A stretch of DNA of 58,677 bases from Anthoceros angustus. Lineage: Eukaryota > Plantae > Anthocerotophyta. Shown one piece after another: positions 49,001-58,677 of this stretch; the stretch's first letter is position 1, and every line of letters starts with the position of its first letter. Made by a program: the position numbers and the translations under genes. A model generated the notes under the pieces. It was given only the letters and a program-made list of their open reading frames with translations, was not told the DNA's origin and ran no database searches. The stretch is taken from the NCBI GenBank assembly GCA_010909165.1, contig VJWM01000329.1, positions 1 to 58,677 of the forward strand. Reading direction: 5' to 3'.

Positions 49001-50255
49001 GCGGGAACCCAAGGAGGCCCGGCATGCCCCGCTAATGAATGAGAATCATACAAGCTCAAGCAATAGCATTGATTTATAATAGAAAGTACATGCCTTTATG
49101 TAGGTAAGGTTGTTGTAAGTTAAGTGGTTATAGAACTAACCAATTAAATAACTATTAGAAGAAACTACTTAGTGCCCTAAGGGCTAAATTAATTATTAAG
49201 TCCTAGGTGCCCTAGTGAAGAGTGCCCTAATAGTAAGCTATTTTATCACTCCCACTCACTATGAACTAGGGGTGATTTTCGACCAAAAAAGGGTCAAGGA
49301 AAACTAGCCTAGCAAAACTAGTCCCTAACTAAACTTTACTTAAAAGCATTAAGTAAAACTGAAAATAATAATCACCATTAAAATAACTCCCCTTAAGGAG
49401 GCGGGGTGAGAACTAATCACCCAACTTTAATTAGGTTGGATTAAAACTAATTAAAAGTAGTTCGAGAAAATATAATAGCTAATTTTCAAAAGGAAAATAC
49501 AAAGGATAATAAATACCCTCCTTCCTCCTTTTCGCGATTTGCGATTACGTGATTTGTTGTTTGGCTTGCGGTGTGTGATGGCGATGGCAATGGCGGCGGT
49601 ATGGCAACCAGGCGTGCTAATCACCTTACGGGAGGCGCTGCGTGGGCGCCATCGTGCCGTAGTCGCCAGCGACCCCTCTCCACCAGCGGCCGCTCGCTGC
49701 GGTGTGCGAGGCCCTCCCTAGCGCCCAGGCGTCCTTGCGGCGAGGATGCTCATTTCTTTGGCGCTCTAATAGAAAGGTAAGAGGGCGCCCCTACTGCAGA
49801 TGCCCATAGTCGGCGTTCCTGCTGCCAATGGAGTCTCCGCCTCCGGACCTCGTCTCTCTGCGCCTTTCAAAAAGAAGACTCCTACATTGATCATTGATCT
49901 GACCTCATCCTTGGAGGATGAAGCTGAAACAGAAGGGCCTTAGGATCCTACACAAGACGCGTTCTAGCCTGAAAAAGAGACGCCTGATGTCCAGGAATGT
50001 GAGATTATGCCTTCAGAATTTGCCATTTCTCCTAGGATGCATAGATTTGTAAAGCAAATGCTGGATATGTCTACCAAAGGGGGGAAGCACAACCTAGTTG
50101 GAGGATGTACCCCTCAAATCCCTCCCGCCTCCCCTCCCCCTCTTCAATCAATGATGCTCCTCGAAAATGTCCACCTTTGCCAAATGTGCTTATAGGAAGC
50201 TTGTTGCCTACAATATGTTTCTAAGAAGAAGCTATGGCAAAAAAAGTTACGGGGT

Positions 50256-51200
50256 TGTGGAATGGTATTTTGCGTCAGGACACAGGAGGCCACATTTATC
50301 CTCTATGTCGTTATAGTCCTAGGATTCGATCCCAAAGGGAATGGTTTTGTGTCAAGGTGTTCCAAAACTATGGGTTCTAGCCCTACTACGGTTGGTTCCT
50401 ACCCAGCCGCAACCTACTAGCGTCAAGACCCACCACCGTGGTAAGTTCGGCCCGCCGTAGACTCGATCCGATGGGCTCAACCATGCGGTTGGTCCCAGCA
50501 GCACAGCTGTATTGACACCCGGCTCCTCGGCGTGATTCTAAGGTTATAGTCTCACACAGTTCGCTACTCCGGATCACCTCCGGGGTATCCACCCCAAAAC
50601 TCACGGCGGCGCCTACCTCGGCCACTCACGCGGCGCCTCACTCCATCAGATTACTTCATTCCTCTTCCCCCACCCCAACCCCTCTCCTGCGCTCCCCAAA
50701 ACTTTCACCTTCCCCACCCTCTCCTCCTTATCGACTCACTTCCCCTCTTCCTTCCTAAACTCTCGGACACCACCACACAAGTTGCTCTCGCCATCCCTCT
50801 CTCGGGCCAGACCCTCCCACAGGCCACATGAGCCCCTACCACAGGCCACCCTTGGGCCACAGACCCCTATCACAGGCCCCCCAGACCTCTCTTAGAGTTA
50901 AACACAATTTGGTTAGGCGGGTTGGAAAGAAGGAGGAAAATCTTTGGACAGCACCGGAATTGTCACCAATCTACAGGACTACCAAATCTCTCCTTCCAGT
51001 GCGTAAGCCCATCACCCTAGCCACCCCGGATGCGGAGCTTGGTCACTCGGCTCGACCACCCAAGGATCTCCACAGCCCTCTTGTGAGGAGGCGGTGCAAT
51101 CGGTTGTTGTTGACGGATGTCTCCAATCAACTTGTAGCAGATTCGACACTGAGCTCACACAGAAATTGTCTATCGGAGACACGGAAAGGTCTCTTATACA
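50256..51200 (-). repeat. LTR of the Athila/Tat-like Gypsy family (second copy)
   Basis: Starts tgtggaatgg and aligns with 26701-27634. No PBS to its left, so it is a 3' or solo LTR. Right end uncertain. Confidence 0.75.
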
Positions 51201-54200
51201 TCCAGTGCGGAACACACGGCTCACTCTTTCTCGATTAATCGGCTATCCACCACAGGCGCACCTACCAATTCGAGGTAACTATAGCTCCATGCCCTTAAAA
51301 CACCCTATCCCTAATCCAAGAAAAAGCCCACGACCTATGATGCCCTTCCCTCTAAAATCAGTAGGTAGCCTCATGATTCTTTGCCCCAGCCTACTGACCC
51401 ATGGGTGTTCCCCTCGCTCTCCTACCACGCCTCTGATCCGAACGGTTCTCCCTCAAAACCTCCACCTCACTTTCGCTGCCCGTGGTTCCTTCACCTCTTC
51501 CAGGGGGTGCCGCTCGTCTATTGCCCCATGCATGTTATCCCGCTCCTCATCACTGGACAGCCACACCGTGCGTTCCTCCCTCCACGCTCTGGCCTCCGCC
51601 TCGCTCATCTCCTCAAGCACCACTTGCGGGGTAGGCCCCAGCTCCCGTTCGAAGAAACCACTGGTAGACACCCGTGGCGGTTAAGATGTGCAGCCAGTAG
51701 TTTCTGCCCCCTCCTGTCCCAACAACCACATACACATTTAGAGTGAGCACCCGCTCACCATGCGAAGCGGCGAGCATCCTCATCCAGGTGCAATATACAC
51801 TATGGGGTCCTTACCCTCTCCACCGTGGACAATCCGGGGCTGCCTCACGGAATCCGAAGTTGCATCCCACTGCGGCGCTCTTGTTTGGCTTCCCCACCTC
51901 GGGTCCTCCTTCGCGGCGGTGGCGGTTTAGCCACCGTGGTAGTTCTTTCCCAGCGGTGGTTGCTTGACTACTCGGTGGCATCGCTCTGCCCTTCTTGGTT
52001 TTGCCTCTCTCTTGATCACAGCCCCTAGCCTCATCTCTCTCCGCTTATATCTCTCCGGATTTCTTGAACTTCTCCGGGCCATCTCCACATTCTTGGACTC
52101 ATGAAACTTCATTCTGGAGCTCCTCAATCGTAGCATCGCCCCTTTTACTTGACTCACGGGGCCTCTTGTTGGGTGGACATGGCCCTCATTGCTCACTGTC
52201 TTGCTCGGTGCCTCCTCGCACTCCGCTGCGGTCCTCTTTCTGCTCTCCAATCCCTCCAACTTTTCCTTGAGCAACTTCTCTTGTTGCCCCATACTCGGTA
52301 AGTGAGAGCCATAGCGCCTTGTCGAGAGAAGGTCACTTTGGAGTCGAGCCATTGAGTTAGAACTGTAGATTCCCAAATTGGGTGTCCGGTGCCCATTCCC
52401 TTCCACAACAAGCCCCGTCACAGGCTATACTCGCCTCCACTCCGGATTGGACGGGCCAATGGAATATCTCCAAAAATGTCCTTGAGCTCCGTGAGCCTTC
52501 TTTGCCAAAATTAACCTTCCTCCCTAGGGGTTGAGTGCACCTCATTCGTAAAAACTCCCCTAGCGGTTGCAATTCATCCTCCGCACCGGCAAGGGGACAA
52601 CCCGTTCCCTTTTGCTTTCCCTCCTTCTCCCGCCCTGCTGCGTCTTGACACAGTGATCCGGTGTGGTTATGGGCTCCTCCTCCTGCTGTTCTCCCCTTTT
52701 GGCCGACCTCGTTCGATCGTCCTTCCTCTTCTTACTCTTTGTAACCTCTCCACCTTCATCAAATTCTCTGAGGCGAATTCCCAAGCTACTGGAATCCTTC
52801 CTGAATCCTCCTTGGACTCTTCTTTCTCTACCTTGAGTTCCTGACGGTTTCCAACTATGAAGGCGGACACAACCTCCAACTCGTTAGGCATTGAATCGCA
52901 AACACATGAATCGAGAAAGGGCGAGATCAAGAGGCGAGGAGGAGAGTCGCCTCTCTTCACAGGCCCTCTCAAAATCATCCTCCCCAGTCAATCCGTGTGC
53001 CTTTAACCACTTCATGAAGGAAGACCGAGTAGTGCGCCATGATCAATTTCGGTTACGAAAAAACAAAATCCACTTGGCCAACCCACCAGAATTGCACAGG
53101 CCGAGTTGGCGGGTCACCCATCCATTATTAACCCTCACTTCCCAGGCTTCATGATTGCGATCATGCGGCTTTTAGGTCTTCTTCCTCGGGGTCAATTACT
53201 AGACTCCCATCCTCCGATTCCTCTCGCCCTTTGCTTTCGGAAGAGCCTCAATGAAACCCAATTTGTGGCCTCTTCCTCATGTCGCCCTCTTGCGACTGAT
53301 CCTCAATTAGGCGGGCGCATTCTGCACCAATCTTGAACTATAGTAGCACCATTTCATCTCCATGAAGCTCAACCCAACTCCTGCAGGCAAGCTCTAACCT
53401 TCCATGGTCCATATTGGGCCGCTGCGTCAAGATCTGCCGCATGCTCGAGGCGCCATTTCTTCCCCTCCTTCCTGTCCCGTTCAAGCCCTCTCGGGCTCTA
53501 CTCGAACCACGGTTCGGGGAGGGACAATTATCCTTGACTCCGCGATCCACACCACTCATCCGCCTCGGACTTCGCCTCGGCGCCTACCCGGTCGTCGCCT
53601 CGGCGTCTTGGGTCTTTTCCTCCGTCGCCGCCTTGCACGTCGCGCCCGATCACCTCCGCGCCACACGTGAGAAAACCCTCTTCTAGGCGGCGGCATGCAT
53701 GGCGTCCGCCATCGGCTCATTGAAGTCTTGTCGATCGCTCTCTCCTTGAAATCTCATGACCTCTCGGTTATCGGTGTGGTCTTCTTCCCGATTGGCTCAG
53801 ACTTGCCCAACTTCTGTCGACCTTGCCTCACTAGGGGTTTTAACTCCCACAGCATCGTCCCATTCCGGCGTGTGTGGAGCTAACCACCTCCCACTTCTAC
53901 CTTCATTGCGTAGGGTATTCCTAGCATATATAGACACTTTTATTTCTAAAATGCCAAGGTCCAAGGACTTTCTATCGACCTAACATACCTAGGGTGAAGC
54001 CCAAGGACCAATAATTTATAAAATATTATTGCCATGGGCCAAGGACCACTTTCGTATAAAAGGCCTTGCGGGCGATTCCTAAGCATTCCATTACACCAAC
54101 AACAGAAAAAAAACAAAAATTAGTTCAAAAAGCCAGTTGAGAGAAGGGTTAGTGTACATATGGTCTCCACGAGTGCTAATAGTTTTATGGATAAAGGAAA

Positions 54201-54879
54201 GGTGACATGGTTGTGGTGCGTTTGGGCGAGATGGGTGGAGGCGGCATGGGGAGGATCGACAAGAAGGAAGGCGGAAAGGTGGAATATATTAATTAAAGGT
54301 TTCGGTATTTAAATATCCTAATTTCTATGTGGATTTTAGGATCTATAATAACCTAGCATAAATTTTCTGCGATTGATCGGTGTAAACACATTTTGTTTCC
54401 CTAAGTGTATTAAAGACAAAAACATGGGCTATTATAAGCGGGAATTCTACCAAAAGGTGACCGGAAAATAAAGTATACATACTCACCTTAGGTTTAAGTG
54501 AAAAGGAGATGTCCGGACTCCTATATATGTGAGAAACTACCATCCACATGATAAAAATAGCAAGTCTCCCATGTGAGGAATTTCAGGACATATCAAACAT
54601 ATTTTCCGTAGGTGCCTTTGGTGCTAAGGGAATTTATGTTTTAATTACATAAATACTGCTTAAATATTATTTTTATTTTTAATATAAATATTCCAGGTTC
54701 TATGTTGGCTGTCTATGAGGAGGAAGGCGGAGATGACCTAAGCTATTTTGAGATAGAAGAAGAAAAATGTTCAGAAAAATAGTAAGACAATAATTTTTGG
54801 GCTAAGATTTTAAGGTTATCTTAAATCGGCCCTAAGGCTACTAGGGTGAGTATTAGGTTAAAGGTTTGGATGTCCATTA

Positions 54880-55530
54880 TACCCAAACATTTCATGTGTT
54901 TCCTATGTAACTCAATTCCCAATGACTTTGTTAATAAATCACATTGTCTAAAGTTTGAACATAACTAATATTTATGGTTTGATCTTCTAACTTTTCCCTT
55001 ATGTAGTGATACTCAACAGCTATATGTTTAGTTCTAGAATGAAAAGCAGGTTTCGTGCAAGTGCAATGGCACCACGGCTATCACTAAACAAAGATGTAGG
55101 CTTAAGTTGAGGATGGTGAAGTTCACTCAAAACTAACTGGACCACACTATGTCTTTAAGCGAGGTTAGTACCACATACTCAGTTCGATGACAAAGCTATA
55201 GTAGGTTGTTTCTTACTTGACCGGATATTGGTGCTCCTCCAAATACATACCCCGATCTGATTTTCGTGTGTGGGTCACCATAGTCTCGGCATATGCCGTT
55301 AGAGTTAATGTGTTGATAGCTGGTGTATGCTTGAACATCGATCCACATGTACCTGTGTACATAGTGCCTTTAAAAGTATCTCACGAATATCGGCTTAATA
55401 GACATCCAGTACGCCTCACGTCGAGGATTCTCCAAGAATTGTGAAAGCGGAGTTGACTTCAAAAGATTATACTCACGGTATCGTGAAATTACATAAAATA
55501 TTAGGGTGCACTGTGGACGCATGGACTCAC
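54880..55530 (-). mobile_element. Copia RT C-terminus / RNase H fragment
   Basis: Minus strand across frames: LSQFLENPR...WMSIK...RYFKGT; LTAYA; SKKQPT; LFSDSRGAIALARN; HSRTKHIAVEYHYIREKLE; LLTKSLG. Confidence 0.8.
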
Positions 55531-58500
55531 AGGGTGAGGAAAATGGAGTTAGGTTTTGTTTTCGTGGTAGGCGCGTAGAAAGTAAAGGCGGAAAGGAAGA
55601 AATGAAGTCAGGAGTACTCGGGATTGCACTCCTGAAGTGGGTCGAGAGGACTGCAGGTAGGTCGAAGAGACCCGGAGTAGGCAAGGACTCGGAGCACACT
55701 CCCGGGAGGAGACTACTTGACTACACGCCGGAGGGGGGGCTGACTTTCCGAGGTCTGGAGTGCCTGGAGCTGAGATTCGGACTACCAGACACCGAGGTTT
55801 TACGGATGAGATACGCCCGAGGTAAAGTAACTTAGAGTCGGAGTGTGTTTTAGACATACAGGGGCCCACGTGGAGGCCAGTATTGAGAGGTGAGCAGGCA
55901 TGCGGCGATCGACCAGGGGCCGTAGAAATTTGCCGATGTCAGGTGTAAACGTGTATTGCGCTTTCCACAAAGAGTGCAAATACGCAAGCGTATACAGAGG
56001 ACGCTACGGCTGTGCCAGCGTAAACGAAAGTAAGCGGGCGTAAGGCGGGAAGTAAGCCATGCAGACCTCGGCTGGGGCCGATTCACAGGCGGCAAAGAGA
56101 CACCCAGGACCAGCCCAAACGACTACTCCGACGCGTCGCGGAGCGGAGAAGGCCATTCTTTCTCGCGACCTCGTGGCGGTTTCCCTGTCTCTCGCGCTCC
56201 ACACCAAGCTCTCTGGTATTGTCTTTCAAGCGCCCAGCACTCGCCGCGCAGCTCACCTTCGTGGTTGGAGTGGCCAACGGAAGAGCGGCGGAGTATCGTG
56301 CAATTTCCAACAGCGAGCGAGGAAAGCCCAGTGATGGGACCCAAGAAGGCGGCGGAGGTATGGGAGCCACAGGCGCTTGGTGGAGCGCAACTCCTGCGAT
56401 ACCCCAACCGGGCCACAGGCGGAGAGCGGAGGAGCTCGTGGGCACTTGGACATCTTGATGGTGCGGATGTTTGTGTCGCTCGTCCAGAGAAATGCCAAGA
56501 AGATCTTGGCTTGCTAACAAGGAGGTTCGCTCAAGAGCTTGAGGAGGATCCGAGGTGGACCGTGGAGGTCCCGAGGCGTTACAACCGCCCGGTGGAAGAA
56601 ATTGGGGGCGTGGTTCGGGCCCCAAGGTGAGGAAAGGTGGGCGGCGGGCGGCAATCTGAGGCAGGGGCCTTAGCGGTCGTCCAACGGCTGGGCGATGTCG
56701 GACTGCTTGGATAGGCGGGTGAGGCGTTGGCTAAGGTCATTGTCCATTGGAACATGCTCACCAAGGTGGATCACCTTGGTGACAATCTTCTGTTTCTGCC
56801 GCCTCGAGGAGGGAAGAGGGCGAGGCGTATCATCTTCGCCGGATCAACCAGGAGGCCGAGGCTGTGGAGTGAAAAGCCTCCTCCGTCAGCCATCACCCTT
56901 CCTCATCCATGTATGGGGACCTCAACCTCTGAAGGAGGAGAAGAGCAGGCGCTCGGAAGGGCTGGCCCCTACAGGCGGAGGAAGGGCGCAAGGCGGAGGT
57001 CCGACCTCCTAAGGCCAAACGGGCCGAGGAGGACAATTGGAAGGATCCCATTCCATTCATTGGAGCGGACCCCCTCGCCTTGAGGGAGGTATGGGAGGAT
57101 ATTCCACCTCCCTCCTTCGTTCCGAGGCGAGGCCCCGATGGAGGAGCACCTACGGGAGGCTGGCCCGGCGGCGCCCACCAGCTAGCAACCCACCACAGCC
57201 CTAGCAGCGGGACGAGGCGAGTCGTCAAGAGGCGGAAAGCGGCTCCTGGTGAAGCGCCAAGGCGCCGCAGTTCCTCTGCCCCTACCCACGGAGTAGCAGG
57301 AGGCGGAGGATGAGAGCGGAGGCGGGGCGCCAAGGTGCGAGGCACGCGGCAACCACATCCGGAGCAGTCTGTCCCCGAGAAGAGGGAAGCCAGGCTCCGG
57401 ACCTCACCACCGAGCCCCAAGCAGGCGGGCGGAGAAGGGTTAGTGGCCAAAGGCCAAGGAGGTGGAAGGATCGGACCAGGCACTCGGGACGAGGTCTGAT
57501 CAGTCCGAGAGCCAATCCGGCTCGCTCGGGATGTATGGTCCTGACGGACCGGGAGATGCAACAACGCCGGACTTCTTGAGGCCTCACTGCGGCCGTGGAG
57601 GAGACACGAGTCTTGGCAACCATCATGGACGGTATGCTTTGGGGTCTCGGGACGGCAGAGAAAACCCAGTGGAGGCCACTAGGAGGTGCATGGTGCTTCT
57701 CGGGAGGCGGTGGAGGCGGCCCAAGCCCGGAGTCCCTCGCCGGATCGAAGAAGGAAGCGTCGAGAAGCAGGCGAGAGGTCAGTCTGTTGTCAAAGAAGAC
57801 GGACAAGGTCCTTCACTGTCGGTGGGCGGTAAGCTTGAGGCCCAAAGGACCTCTGGTGGCAAGAAGCGGCGCAAGGAGTTGGAGGAAGCCTTAGAAGGCA
57901 AGCGGCGGCTCGGGACTGGCCGGCGGCTCGGGAGCAACACCAAGCACAGGAAGCTGGGTGAAGGCGGAGGCGGAAGCAGGTGGCAAGGGACCATTACAGC
58001 GGGATCGGAACCGGTGGAGGAGGCAGCGAGGGGCAGTGGCTAACTGAAGGCGGGCACGTGGCGATGGGCGGGCAGACCGGCGTGTAGAAGAGAAGGAGGC
58101 CAGAACAAGGAGATGGAAAATCTCCGGGCTCAATTCTTGTGGAGGCAGCGGGGATGGAGGACCGCAGGATACCTTGGAGCCAGCTCCAAGATACAATTGA
58201 GCAGGGCTCTTGATGCGTGATCGGCGATCACTGGCCCGGGAGATAGGCGACTCTAGCTGTTGGAGGCGGAGGAGGTAAGGCGATGGAGTAAGGAGGCGGG
58301 CGTTGCGAAATGGAGAAGGACACAGGCGAAGCAAGAAATCGAGAGTTCTTAGGACCGCTGGGAAGATGGCGGAGCTTGAGCTAGGATGAATGGGGGCGGG
58401 GCCTGGGCCTTGAGAGAAAAAGAAGGCTGGTCATTGAGGAAGGCGGAGGGCTGCCATGGCGGGTGAAGTGCGAAAGCGAAGGAGGCTGGGCGGGCGGAAG

Positions 58501-58677
58501 TGGCATTGGCAGTGAATGTGAGCCTCCCTGTGGCCTCGAGCCCTGGCTCATTGGCGAACACAGCGATGGAGGCGGGGCCGGCAAAGCAGGCGGCCTGTGG
58601 CTGCACCTATGGCGAAGGAGTATCGGGGAGGCGCGATCGGCGAGGATCCGGACAAGCGGGACTACATCGTGAGCAAC

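Noticed and set aside
26701-51200. LTRs at 26701 and 50256 as the two ends of one element
   Set aside because: The PBS and gag-pol lie to the left of 26701 on the minus strand, so the partner LTR would be to the left. The two LTRs are also clearly diverged internally.
55850-58677. Numerous overlapping ORFs in GC-rich sequence
   Set aside because: Expected from high GC content. No motif recognised; probably TE-derived but unsupported.

Overview
Repeat-saturated eukaryotic DNA, most likely from a plant or other streptophyte (the host is not identifiable from this window). It is a stack of nested and truncated transposons with no intact host gene. Nearly every coding domain is broken by 1-3 bp indels, which may be decay or long-read consensus error, so proteins were stitched across frames and boundaries are approximate. 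Layout: (1) 1-10.9 kb, a ~4.4-5.3 kb macro-repeat of Ty1/Copia fragments interleaved with four minisatellites. (2) ~12.4-20.0 kb, a near-complete Ty3/Gypsy LTR retrotransposon with the order gag(2x CCHC)-protease-DNMT3-like C5 cytosine methyltransferase-RT-RNase H-integrase-PHD finger. A second, inverted partial copy (protease + methyltransferase) lies at 20.7-22.6 kb. This element, carrying its own methylation writer and a histone-reader module, is the most interesting system here. (3) 22.6-27.6 kb, a different Gypsy (FLDD-type RT) with PBS and LTR; a second LTR of that family starts at 50.26 kb. (4) 28.2-32.1 kb, a Copia element with 3' LTR and PPT. (5) 31.8-38.4 kb, a 3.27 kb tandem duplication with a 10-bp microhomology junction, containing a RING-H2 remnant. 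(6) ~41-44 kb, a Sola1-like DDD transposase flanked by ~0.9 kb direct repeats. (7) Further Copia RT/RNase H fragments and unassigned degenerate ORFs.
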